DNA from: Planctomycetota bacterium
GTDB taxonomy: Bacteria; Planctomycetota; JACQVV01
Direction of reading: 5' to 3'
DNA: 58,943 nucleotides
NCBI GenBank assembly: GCA_016209595.1
Contig: JACQVV010000046.1
Location: 1-58,943, forward strand
This document shows positions 17,949 to 26,984 of the stretch, in pieces. How positions within the stretch are numbered: the stretch's first letter is position 1; each line of letters opens with the position of its first letter. The notes below the pieces were generated by a model that saw only the letters and a program-made list of their open reading frames with translations, was not told where the DNA came from and searched no databases. A program made the position numbers and the translations under genes.

Positions 17949-19142
17949 ATGGAAATCTCCCGGCGTGGCGCCCAGGTCCCGGCATCCCCGATCCGCCGGC
18001 TCGTCCCGTACGCCGAGGCGGCGAAGAAGGGGGGCGCGACCGTCTACCACACCAACATCGGCCAGCCCGATCTCCCCACGCCCGACGGGTTCTGGGCGGC
18101 GCTCTCGGTTTACCCCTCCCGCGTGCTCGCATACGGCCACTCGGCGGGGTCGGCGGAGTTCCGCGAGGGGCTCGCCGGGTACTACAGGCGGTGCGGCTAC
18201 GACGTCGCCGCCGAGGACGTGACGGTGACGACGGGCGGGAGCGAGGCGATTCTCTTCGCGATGCTCGCGACCTGCGACCCCGGCGACGAGGTCCTGGTCT
18301 TCGAGCCCTTCTACACGAACTACCATTCCTTCGCCCTCTCGGCGGGGGTTTTCCTCGTCCCGGTCACCTGCCGCGCGGAGGACGGCTACCATCTCCCGCC
18401 GCCGCAGGAGATCGAGGTCCGGGTCGGTCCCCGCACGCGGGCGATCCTTGCATGCTCGCCGAACAACCCGACGGGCACCGTGCTCTCGCGCGCGGAGATG
18501 GAGTCGCTCGCCGGCCTCTGCCGTCGCCGGCGGCTCTTCTTCCTGTCGGACGAGGTCTATCGCGAGTTCGTCTACGGCGAGAAGCACACCGGAGTCCTGG
18601 AGCTCGGCCTGGGGCACCAGGCCGTGATGCTCGACTCGATCTCGAAGCGCTTCTCCGCCTGCGGCGCGCGGATCGGCTGCGCCGTCACGAAGAACCCCGC
18701 GCTCCAGAAGGCCTTCCTCCACCTCGGCCAGGCGCGGCTCTCCCCCCCGACCCTCGAACAGGCGGCGGCGCTCCCACTCCTCGAACTCGGCCCCGACTAC
18801 TACGGCCGCATCCAAAAAGAGTACCGCGCTCGCCGCGACGTCGTGGTGGACGCGCTCGAGCGGATCCCGGGCGTCGTTTGCCGGCGGCCGGCCGGGGCCT
18901 TCTACGTCATGGCGCGGCTTCCCGTAGCGAACGCCGAGGACTTCGCGATCTGGCTCCTCCAGAGCTTCCGCCTTCGCGGGGCGACCGTGATGGTCGCCCC
19001 GGGCGACGGCTTCTACGCCACGCCGGGTCGCGGCAAGGACGAGATCCGGATCGCCTACGTCCTCGAGAAGAGCGCCCTCGCGCGGGCGATGGAGTGCCTG
19101 GCGGAGGGCCTCGCGGCCTACGGGGGAGTTCCTTCCAGATAG
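17949..19142 (+). CDS. PLP-dependent aminotransferase, class I/II (aspartate/aromatic type)
   Basis: ORF 17949..19142. Contains NPTGTV, and SISKRFSACGARIG with the PLP lysine. Confidence 0.85.
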   Translation: MEISRRGAQVPASPIRRLVPYAEAAKKGGATVYHTNIGQPDLPTPDGFWAALSVYPSRVLAYGHSAGSAEFREGLAGYYRRCGYDVAAEDVTVTTGGSEAILFAMLATCDPGDEVLVFEPFYTNYHSFALSAGVFLVPVTCRAEDGYHLPPPQEIEVRVGPRTRAILACSPNNPTGTVLSRAEMESLAGLCRRRRLFFLSDEVYREFVYGEKHTGVLELGLGHQAVMLDSISKRFSACGARIGCAVTKNPALQKAFLHLGQARLSPPTLEQAAALPLLELGPDYYGRIQKEYRARRDVVVDALERIPGVVCRRPAGAFYVMARLPVANAEDFAIWLLQSFRLRGATVMVAPGDGFYATPGRGKDEIRIAYVLEKSALARAMECLAEGLAAYGGVPSR

Positions 19143-20350
19143 GCGACCAGAGCGTAGGCGAACGCGTTCGGGCCGGCGTAGCGCCGGTCGATCGACTTCT
19201 CGATCGCCCGGGCGCAGATGGCGTCGAGGGCGGGGTCGAGGCCCGGAGCGAGCGCCGAGGGGGCGAGGACGGATTCTTCGAGGATCTCGCGAACGATCTC
19301 CTCCTCGCTCTCTCCCCGGAAGGGGAGGAGCCCGGCGAGCGACTCGAAGAGGATCATCCCGAGGGCGTAGACGTCGGTCGACGGGCTCGCCTCTCCGCCC
19401 TCGAAGAGATCCGGGGCGAGGTAGGGGAGCGTCGCCGCGCCCCGAGTCTGGGGGGTGAGCCTCTCCAGGCCCAGGATGCGGGCGCCGCCGAAGTCGATGA
19501 GCCTCGGGCGTCCCTCCGCGTCGATCCGGACATTCTTCGGCCGGAGGTCCCGGTGAAGGACGCCGCGCGAGTGCGACTTTCCAAGAGCCCGGGCGATCGA
19601 GAGCGCGGTCTCGGCGGCCCACCGGGTCTCTCCTCGCCGGACGGCGATCTCCTCGTCCAGGCCCTTCCCGTCGACGAATTCCTCGACGATGTAGCGGCGC
19701 CCGGTGAGCTCCCCTGAGTCGAGAACGCGCGCGATGCCGGGGTGCTCGATCGACCCGAGGACGCGAACCTCCCGCGACCACCGCGCCAGGTCGGAGTCGT
19801 CAACCGCGGCGGGCGACTCGAGGAACTTGAGAACGACCGCGCGACCCTCGGCGGGGTCGCGGGCGAGGTGCACGCCCCCCCACATCCCGCCGCCGAGGCG
19901 CGGAAGGATCTCGTAGGAGCCGACCCTGGGAGCCCGGAGCTGCTGCGTCGTCACCCCCGCTCCCGGCGAGGGCGCGCTCCCCGGCGTGCCGGGCGCGCCC
20001 GCGCGAGGGACGAGCGCCTCCGCCTCGGGCGGAGCCGCGAGAACGCGACCCTTTAGCCGGTGGATCTTGAACTCCTCGCCCGGCGCCACGACCGCCTCGT
20101 TCCGGTGCTCCCCGCGGAACTTGAGCGACGCCTTGTCGCTCGTGGCCCGGACCTCAAGCCCGGCCGGCGTCGCCGCGAGCGTGCACTGCGTCCGGGAGAT
20201 CCATGGCTGGTTCACCTGGATGTCGCTCGAGCCGTGGCGGCCCAGAACGATCGTCGCTTCGCCGATGACGTACCCGCTGCCGACGACGTCCCCGTCGATC
20301 GAGAGCTCCAGCCTGTACCGGTACGAACCCCCGTCTTTGCCGATCGGCAT
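19118..20350 (-). CDS. FHA-domain Hanks-type Ser/Thr protein kinase
   Basis: ORF 19118..20350. N-terminal FHA (IVLGRHGSSDIQVN...ISRTQ); kinase motifs VVLK, HRDLRPKN, DFG, APD. Confidence 0.8.
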   Translation of the reverse strand: MPIGKDGGSYRYRLELSIDGDVVGSGYVIGEATIVLGRHGSSDIQVNQPWISRTQCTLAATPAGLEVRATSDKASLKFRGEHRNEAVVAPGEEFKIHRLKGRVLAAPPEAEALVPRAGAPGTPGSAPSPGAGVTTQQLRAPRVGSYEILPRLGGGMWGGVHLARDPAEGRAVVLKFLESPAAVDDSDLARWSREVRVLGSIEHPGIARVLDSGELTGRRYIVEEFVDGKGLDEEIAVRRGETRWAAETALSIARALGKSHSRGVLHRDLRPKNVRIDAEGRPRLIDFGGARILGLERLTPQTRGAATLPYLAPDLFEGGEASPSTDVYALGMILFESLAGLLPFRGESEEEIVREILEESVLAPSALAPGLDPALDAICARAIEKSIDRRYAGPNAFAYALVAYLEGTPP

Positions 20351-20437
20351 CTTGCCGAGATCCCTCCACGTTCCCGCGTACGCGGAGGATTCTACCGCGA
20401 AGGGACGAGGGACGGTCCCCCTTCCCTCCGTGAGCTC

Positions 20438-21850
20438 CTAGCAGTCGAAGTACATCACGAACTCGTACGGGTGCGGCCGCAGGCGGACCTGGTCGAATTC
20501 CCTCTTCCTCTTGTAGTCGAGCCAGGTGTCGATCAAGTCCTGGGTGAAGACACCGGGCTTCACCAGGAAGGCATGGTCGCGCGCCAGGGCGTCGAGGGCC
20601 TCCTCGAGCGAGCCCGGGGTGCTCGCGATTTTCTCGGCCTCCTCCGGCTCCAGGTCGTAGAGGTCCTTGTCGATCGGCGCCGGTGGCTCGATCTTGTTCT
20701 GGATTCCGTCGATCGCGGCGCACAGGATCGCGGAGAAGGCGAGGTAGGGATTCGCGGAGGGGTCCGGGCAGCGGAACTCGATCCGCTTCGCCTTCGGGTT
20801 CGCCGAGTACATCGGGATGCGGAGCGCGGCCGAGCGGTTCCTCTGGGAGAGCATGAGGTTGACCGGGGCTTCGTAGCCGGGGACGAGCCGGCGGTAGGAG
20901 TTGGTCGTCGGGGCGCAGAAGCCCAGGAGCGCGTGGGCGTGCTGGATGATCCCGCCCGCGGCGTACCAGGCGAGGTCGGAGAGCCCGGCGTATCGTTCGC
21001 CCGCGAAGAGGGGCTTCTCGCCCTTCCAGAGGGAGATGTGCGTGTGCATCCCCGTGCCGTTGTCCTGGAACAGGGGCTTGGGCATGAAGGTCACGGTCTT
21101 CCCGTGGCGGGAGGCGACGTTCTTCAGCACGTACTTGTACATCATGACCTGGTCCGCCATGCGGACGAGGTCCCTGTACTTCATGTCGATCTCGGCCTGG
21201 CCGGCGTTCCCGACCTCGTGGTGGTGGGCCTCGACCTCGATCCCGATCGAGCGGAGCGTCTCGACCATCTCGGTTCGAAGGTCTTGCATCGAGTCGCTCG
21301 GCGGGACCGGGAAGTAGCCCTCCTTGGCGCGCATCTGGTAGCCCTTGTTGCCGTCTCCCGGCCGGCCGCGCGTCCACAGGCCCTCCGAGCTCTCGATCTC
21401 GTAGTGGGCGAAGTTCATGCCCTGATCGAACCGGGCGCTGTCGAAGACGAAGAACTCGAGCTCCGGACCGCAGTAGCAGGTGTCGGCGATCCCGATCTTC
21501 TTCATGTGCTCCACGGCGCGCCTCGCGACCTGGCGCGGGTCACGACTGTAGGCCTTGCGCGTGATGGGATCCTGGATGTCGCAGATCATCGAGAGCGTCG
21601 TGTGCGCGGAGAACGGATCGAGGAACGCGCTCGCCGCGTCGGGGATGACGAGCATGTCGCTCTCGTTGATCGCCTGCCAGCCCCGGATCGACGAGCCGTC
21701 GAAGCCGAAGCCGTCGGCGAAGCTCCGCTCGTCGAGCTGGTCCACCGGAACGGTGAAGTGCTGCCAGGTCCCGGGCATGTCCACGAACTTGAGATCGATC
21801 GCGACGACCTTCTTGTCCTTGCAGAACTGAAGAACTTCCTTGGGATTCAC
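20438..21850 (-). CDS. glnA: Glutamine synthetase, type I
   Basis: ORF 20438..21850 (GTG start). FVDMPGTWQHFT...FDGSSIRGW...MPKPLFQDNGTGMHTH. Confidence 0.95.
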   Translation of the reverse strand: MNPKEVLQFCKDKKVVAIDLKFVDMPGTWQHFTVPVDQLDERSFADGFGFDGSSIRGWQAINESDMLVIPDAASAFLDPFSAHTTLSMICDIQDPITRKAYSRDPRQVARRAVEHMKKIGIADTCYCGPELEFFVFDSARFDQGMNFAHYEIESSEGLWTRGRPGDGNKGYQMRAKEGYFPVPPSDSMQDLRTEMVETLRSIGIEVEAHHHEVGNAGQAEIDMKYRDLVRMADQVMMYKYVLKNVASRHGKTVTFMPKPLFQDNGTGMHTHISLWKGEKPLFAGERYAGLSDLAWYAAGGIIQHAHALLGFCAPTTNSYRRLVPGYEAPVNLMLSQRNRSAALRIPMYSANPKAKRIEFRCPDPSANPYLAFSAILCAAIDGIQNKIEPPAPIDKDLYDLEPEEAEKIASTPGSLEEALDALARDHAFLVKPGVFTQDLIDTWLDYKRKREFDQVRLRPHPYEFVMYFDC

Positions 21851-21956
21851 GAGCTGTAGCCCCCCTTATCCATGCGTTTTTGGAAGCACTACCTTCGAAG
21901 CGCCTCGACGGCGAGCGTCGCCGAGGGTTTGACCCTCGCCAAACGGGACGATAGTT

Positions 21957-24900
21957 TCACCGACTCTCCTGCGCGGCCGCCGCCCCCGCCTCCAGGGGCT
22001 CCAGATGCCGCCGCCACGATTTCGCCTTGAGGTCCTCCGGACCGTGTCGCGAGAGCGCCCGCACGACCCGGCGCGCGAGCCAGAGGTCGGTGAGGAGCGG
22101 GATCTCCAGATCGACCGCCGTCCGGCGGATCCGGAAGCAGTCGGGGCGCCCGCGCTCGTCCCACTCGCGAGGGATATTGATGACGAGGTCGATCGCTCCC
22201 TCCCGCATGAGGTCGACCGCCCGCGACGGCCTCGTGAAGTCGTCCTCCTTGTCCACTTCGCTCGCCGGGAGCCCCTGGCCGGAGAGGATCTCCGCCGTGC
22301 CCGGCGTCGCGTAGAGGGCGAGCCCCATGTCGAGGAGGAGCCGCGTCTCCTCGGCGAAGCGGTACTTGTCCCCGACCGGTCCGAGCGAGAGGAGGACGCC
22401 CTTCTTCGGGAAGCGGAAGCCGGTGGCGAGCATCGCCTTGAGGAGCGCCTCGTCCGCGTCGTCGCCGAAGCAGGCGACCTCGCCCGTCGAGGCCATCTCG
22501 ACGCCCAGGACCGGGTCGGCGCCCGAGAGGCGCCGGAACGAGAACATGGGGGCCTTCACCCCCACGTGGTCGAGGTCGAGCGGGTTGGCGCGCCGGTCGA
22601 GAGAGGAGCGCGGGGCTCCCAGCATGAGCCGCGTCGCCTCGCGGATGAAGTTCGTGCCCAGGACCTTCGAGACGAACGGGAAGCTCCTCGACGCCCGGAG
22701 GTTCGTCTCGATCACCTTGACCGAGTTGTGGCGCGAGAGCATCTGCACGTTGAACGGGCCCGTCACCGCGAGCGCTCGCGCGAGCGTCTCGGCCGTCCGG
22801 CGCACCCGCCGGATCGTCTCGAGATAGAGCTGCTGCGGCGGAAGGACGAGCGTCGCGTCGCCCGAGTGGACGCCGGCATCCTCGACGTGCTCGGAGATCG
22901 CCCAGAGGACGATCTCGCCCCGGTCGGCCACGGCGTCGAACTCGATCTCCCGCGCATGCTTCTCGAACTTCGAGACGACGACCGGGTATTCGGGGGAGAC
23001 CTTCGTCGCGCCCGCGAGGTAGCCCTTGAGCTCGCCGGCGGTGTGGGCGACCCGCATCGCGGCTCCGGAGAGGACGTAGGACGGGCGGACCAGCACCGGG
23101 AAGCCGCCCAGGCTCTCGACCACGCCCTCGAGGTCCTCTAGTCCCGTGGCCTGGGCCCAGCGGGGCTGGTCGATCGCGAGTGCGTCGCAAAGGGCGGAAA
23201 ACTTTCCGCGGTCCTCCGCCCGGTCGATCGACTCGGGCGACGTGCCGAGAATCCGAATGCCCGCCCGGTGGAGCCGGAGCGCCAGGTTGTTCGGCGTCTG
23301 CCCCCCCATCGAGACGATGACCCCTTCCGGCTTCTCCCGCTCGCAGATCTCCAGGACCGCCTCGAGCGAGATCTCGTCGAAGAAGAGCCGGTCGCAGATG
23401 TCGTAGTCGGTCGAGACCGTCTCCGGGTTGAAGTTGAGTAGAAGGGTTTCATATCCCAGCTCCCGCGCCGCCATGACCGCGTTGACGCAGCACCAGTCGA
23501 ACTCGACCGAGGAGCCGATCCGGTAGCATCCGGAGCCCAGGACGAGGACGCTCTTCTTCCCTGCGGGCGGGAGGTCGTGTTCGTCCGCGGCGTAGGTGAG
23601 GTAGAGGTAATTCGTCTCGGCCGGGTACTCGGCGGCGAGCGTGTCGATCCGGGCGATCTTCGGGCGGACATCGAGCTCTCGGCGGCGCTCGCGTACTTCC
23701 TCGAGCGTCGCGCCCACGAGCGGCGCGATTCCCCGGTCGCTGTATCCCGCGCGCTTGGCCGTCCTCATCGTCTCCCGGTCGATCGCGAAGGCGCCCCGGA
23801 GCCTCGCAAGGCCCCGGCGGATCTCGACCGTCCGCTCGATCTCGGCGAGGAAGAATCGATCGATGGCCGTGAGCTCCGCGATCCGGTCGATCGAGAGCCC
23901 CTCCTCGAAGGCGCGCGCGACGGCGAAGATCCGCCGGGGCGTCGGCTCGCGGAGCTCGCGCGCGAGATCGGGAAACTCGAAGGCCCGCGGGTCGAGCCCC
24001 ACGACCCCGATCTCCAGCATCCGGAGCGCCTTCTGGAGGGCTTCCGGGAAGGAGCGGCCGATCGCCATGACCTCGCCCACCGACTTCATCTCGGTCCCGA
24101 TCCGCGGGTCGACTCCTTGAAACTTCTCGAAGTCCCAGCGGGGAACCTTGCAGACGATGTAGTCGAGCGCGGGCTCGAAGAAGGCGGTCGTTGTCCGGGT
24201 GATCGCGTTGGCGAGCTGCGGGAGCGTGTAGCCCAGCGCGATCTTCGCCGCGACGTAGGCGAGCGGGTAGCCCGTCGCCTTGGAGGCGAGCGCCGAGGAG
24301 CGGGAGAGCCGCGGGTTCACCTCGATCACCCGGTAGTCGCGCGAGCGCGGGTCCAGGGCGAACTGGATGTTCGACTCGCCCGTGATCCCCAGGTGGCGCA
24401 TCGTCCGGAGCGAGAGGTCGCGCAGGAGCTGGTAGTCGCGGTCGTCGAGGGTCTGGCTCGGAGCGACCACGATCGACTCGCCCGTGTGGATTCCCATCGG
24501 ATCCACGTTTTCCATGTTGCAGACGGTGACCGCGTTGTCCAGTCCGTCGCGGACGACCTCGTACTCGATTTCTTTCCAGCCCGCGAGGCACTCCTCCACC
24601 AGCACCTGCGGGACTCCCGTGAAGGCGCGCTCGAGCGCGGCGGAGAGCTCCTCCTCGGTCCTCACCACGGCCGAGCCCTTCCCGCCGAGCGAGAAAGACG
24701 CGCGCAGGATCACCGGGAAGCCGATCTCGCGGGCCGCTCGCGCCGCCTCCGCGGGCGACTTCGCCGAGCGGCTTCGCGCAACCCGGACGCCGATCTCGGC
24801 CAGCCGGTCGTTGAAGAGCTGGCGGTCCTCGGCGTTCCGGATCGCCTCTACGGGAGTCCCCAGGACCCGGACGCCGTGGCGAGCCAGGACCCCCGCGTCG

Positions 24901-25226
24901 GAGAGCGCGAGGCCCGCATTCAAGGCGGTCTGGCCGCCAAAGCCCAGCAAAACCCCGTCGATCCGCTCCTCGACCAGCACCTTCTCGACAAACTCCGGCG
25001 TCACAGGCAGGAAGTAGACCGAGTCGGCGAGCTCGTGCGAGGTCTGGATCGTCGCGATGTTGGGGTTTAAGAGAACCGTGTGGACGCCCTCTTCCTTTAG
25101 AGCTTTGAGCGCCTGCGACCCCGAGTAGTCGAACTCGCCGGCCTGGCCGATCTGCAGCGCCCCCGACCCCAGGACCAGGACCCGGTCCGGCCGGGCGGGC
25201 AGGTAGGCGCGGGCGATGCCTCTCAC
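21957..25226 (-). CDS. carB: Carbamoyl-phosphate synthase large subunit
   Basis: GTG at 25226 overlaps the carA stop (GTGA). VLVLGSGALQIGQAGEFDYSGSQA...; 1089 aa. The rest of ORF 21957..25736 is an upstream extension. Confidence 0.95.
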   Translation of the reverse strand: MRGIARAYLPARPDRVLVLGSGALQIGQAGEFDYSGSQALKALKEEGVHTVLLNPNIATIQTSHELADSVYFLPVTPEFVEKVLVEERIDGVLLGFGGQTALNAGLALSDAGVLARHGVRVLGTPVEAIRNAEDRQLFNDRLAEIGVRVARSRSAKSPAEAARAAREIGFPVILRASFSLGGKGSAVVRTEEELSAALERAFTGVPQVLVEECLAGWKEIEYEVVRDGLDNAVTVCNMENVDPMGIHTGESIVVAPSQTLDDRDYQLLRDLSLRTMRHLGITGESNIQFALDPRSRDYRVIEVNPRLSRSSALASKATGYPLAYVAAKIALGYTLPQLANAITRTTTAFFEPALDYIVCKVPRWDFEKFQGVDPRIGTEMKSVGEVMAIGRSFPEALQKALRMLEIGVVGLDPRAFEFPDLARELREPTPRRIFAVARAFEEGLSIDRIAELTAIDRFFLAEIERTVEIRRGLARLRGAFAIDRETMRTAKRAGYSDRGIAPLVGATLEEVRERRRELDVRPKIARIDTLAAEYPAETNYLYLTYAADEHDLPPAGKKSVLVLGSGCYRIGSSVEFDWCCVNAVMAARELGYETLLLNFNPETVSTDYDICDRLFFDEISLEAVLEICEREKPEGVIVSMGGQTPNNLALRLHRAGIRILGTSPESIDRAEDRGKFSALCDALAIDQPRWAQATGLEDLEGVVESLGGFPVLVRPSYVLSGAAMRVAHTAGELKGYLAGATKVSPEYPVVVSKFEKHAREIEFDAVADRGEIVLWAISEHVEDAGVHSGDATLVLPPQQLYLETIRRVRRTAETLARALAVTGPFNVQMLSRHNSVKVIETNLRASRSFPFVSKVLGTNFIREATRLMLGAPRSSLDRRANPLDLDHVGVKAPMFSFRRLSGADPVLGVEMASTGEVACFGDDADEALLKAMLATGFRFPKKGVLLSLGPVGDKYRFAEETRLLLDMGLALYATPGTAEILSGQGLPASEVDKEDDFTRPSRAVDLMREGAIDLVINIPREWDERGRPDCFRIRRTAVDLEIPLLTDLWLARRVVRALSRHGPEDLKAKSWRRHLEPLEAGAAAAQESR

Positions 25227-26347
25227 GGGACGCGGACCCTGCCTTCGCTCCGCTCGGGGTGGGCCTTCATGGCGCGGACCATCCGCACGAAGTCGTCGAA
25301 GAGGTAGGCCGTGTCCCGCGGGCCGGCGGCGGCCTCGGGGTGGAACTGCACCGAAGAGAAGGGACGGAAGCGGTGGCGGATTCCCTCGTTCGTCTGGTCG
25401 TTCAGGTTGACGAACCAGGGCTCCCAGTCCGCGGGGAGCGATTCCGTGGCGACCGCGTATCCGTGGTTCTGACTGGTCACGTACGCCCGGCGACTGACCT
25501 GGTCCATCACCGGCTGGTTGTGCGAGCGGTGGCCGTACTTGAGCTTGTAGGTCTTCGCCCCCGCGGCGAGGGCCAGCAGCTGGTGGCCGAGGCAGATCCC
25601 AAAGGTCGGGACGCCCCGGTCGAGGATCCCGCGGATCCGTTCGACGAGAGGCCCCAGAGCCGCGGGGTCGCCCGGACCGTTCGTGAGCATGACCCCGTCC
25701 ACCTGGTCGAGGAGCGACTCCCAGTCGGCCGAACACGGCGCGAGGACGACCGAGACGCCTCGAGCCTGGAGCGAACGCAGGATGTTCTCCTTCGCTCCGG
25801 TGTCGAGAACGAGGATCTCGATGTCGCCGCCCGGATGGCGGACGATCTCGCTACCTTCGACCAGATCGACGACCGTGGGCATGTCAATCGAGTGGGCGCG
25901 CCTCTTTCGCCCCTCGACGTCCGCGCCCTCGGCGAGAAGCCAGCCCTCCATGGTGCCGTGCTCGCGGAGGCGCCGCGTGAGCGTCCGCGTGTCCACGCCC
26001 TCGATCGCCGGGACTCCCTCGTCGGCGAGCCATGCGGCGAGCGTCCGCACGGCGGCGTGGTGGCTCGGCCGGGCGGAATAGTGGGTGACGACGAGGCCCT
26101 GGACCTGGATCCGCCCCGACTCAAACGGCCCCGCGGGGACGCCGTAGTTCCCCTGGAGCGGATAGGTCATGACGAGGATCTGGCCGCGGTACGACGGGTC
26201 GGTCAGCGTCTCGACGTAGCCGGTGAGGCCCGTGTTGAAGACGACCTCGCCCCGGACATCCCGCGCGGCGCCGAAGGCCCGTCCCGGGAAGACGGAACCG
26301 TCGGCCAGGATGAGGTCCATCCGCCCCTCCTCCCCTTCTCCCGGCAT
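25223..26347 (-). CDS. carA: Carbamoyl-phosphate synthase small (glutaminase) subunit
   Basis: ORF 25223..26347. LILADGSVFPGRAFGA...; GATase triad region GICLGHQLL. The start may be the internal MDLIL at 26320. Confidence 0.9.
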   Translation of the reverse strand: MPGEGEEGRMDLILADGSVFPGRAFGAARDVRGEVVFNTGLTGYVETLTDPSYRGQILVMTYPLQGNYGVPAGPFESGRIQVQGLVVTHYSARPSHHAAVRTLAAWLADEGVPAIEGVDTRTLTRRLREHGTMEGWLLAEGADVEGRKRRAHSIDMPTVVDLVEGSEIVRHPGGDIEILVLDTGAKENILRSLQARGVSVVLAPCSADWESLLDQVDGVMLTNGPGDPAALGPLVERIRGILDRGVPTFGICLGHQLLALAAGAKTYKLKYGHRSHNQPVMDQVSRRAYVTSQNHGYAVATESLPADWEPWFVNLNDQTNEGIRHRFRPFSSVQFHPEAAAGPRDTAYLFDDFVRMVRAMKAHPERSEGRVRVP

Positions 26348-26441
26348 GATGCGCGTCTCCCTGACCCCGCGGTTCGCGCACCGCGGGATTTGTTGCTACC
26401 TACAAATCGCCCGGCGCGGTCCCCTCCGCGCGAGGGCCGAG

Positions 26442-26471
26442 ATTGTTCGCGGAGGCCGCGGTCCGTGTCAA
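26442..26471 (-). promoter_or_regulatory. Candidate sigma-70 promoter for carAB (TTGACA-18-AACAAT)
   Basis: Minus strand reads ctcTTGACAcggaccgcggcctccgcgAACAATctc, about 100 nt upstream of carA. The -10 is weak. Confidence 0.25.
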
Positions 26472-26534
26472 GAGGGAACGGGCGCGGAGGGCGGGAGGCT
26501 GTTCCAGCCAGGTGCGCCGGATAGACTTGAAGCA

Positions 26535-26900
26535 ATGTTGAAGCTCATTCACAAGGGAGATGAGACCGAGCGCCGCGTCAAGATCATGGGTGTCAGCCGC
26601 GCACGTGACGATCGGTATGTCCCCCAACTTCTCGCACGTCTGGACAGCGAGGAGACCTACGAGAACAAACGGCACATCGTGCGCGCTCTGGGAAACATCG
26701 CCGATCCTCGGGCCGAACCGCGGCTGCTCGAGATGCTTGAGTCCGCGACGGGCCTGATGTTGGGGGACGTCATCCGCAGCGTCGGGCAACTCGGATTGAA
26801 GCAGGCAGCTCCTCGCGTGAGAACACTGGTCCATCACAGCGTTGAATGGGTGCGTCAGAATGCGAGGTGGGCACTCGACAAGCTGGAGCAAGATCGATAG
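26535..26900 (+). CDS. Small HEAT/PBS-lyase-repeat protein (121 aa) with atypically low GC
   Basis: ATG at 26535 within ORF 26223..26900. Contains RHIVRALGNIADPRAEPRLLEML...VRQNARWAL. Codon third positions are visibly less GC-rich than in neighbouring genes. Confidence 0.6.
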   Translation: MLKLIHKGDETERRVKIMGVSRARDDRYVPQLLARLDSEETYENKRHIVRALGNIADPRAEPRLLEMLESATGLMLGDVIRSVGQLGLKQAAPRVRTLVHHSVEWVRQNARWALDKLEQDR

Positions 26901-26984
26901 CAAGTCCTGGCCTGGCGTCTCGGGCACCCGAGTTCGGAGAGCGTTTTGGGATGAGCTCCAGTTCTCGTTGACAGGCTCCGCGGG

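Noticed and set aside
17775-19781. N-terminal two thirds of the 1373-aa ORF 15660..19781. Similar upstream extensions occur in ORFs 14423..15817, 21957..25736, 26985..30887, 43331..45406, 51580..52992 and 52785..54929.
   Set aside because: The recognisable domains begin at internal starts that coincide with ATGA/GTGA overlaps or Shine-Dalgarno sequences. The extensions are antisense to other real genes or are low-complexity.
21922-21938. 7-bp hairpin (CGAGGGT/ACCCTCG) downstream of carB as a terminator
   Set aside because: Short stem, 3-nt loop and no U-tract. Too weak to call.
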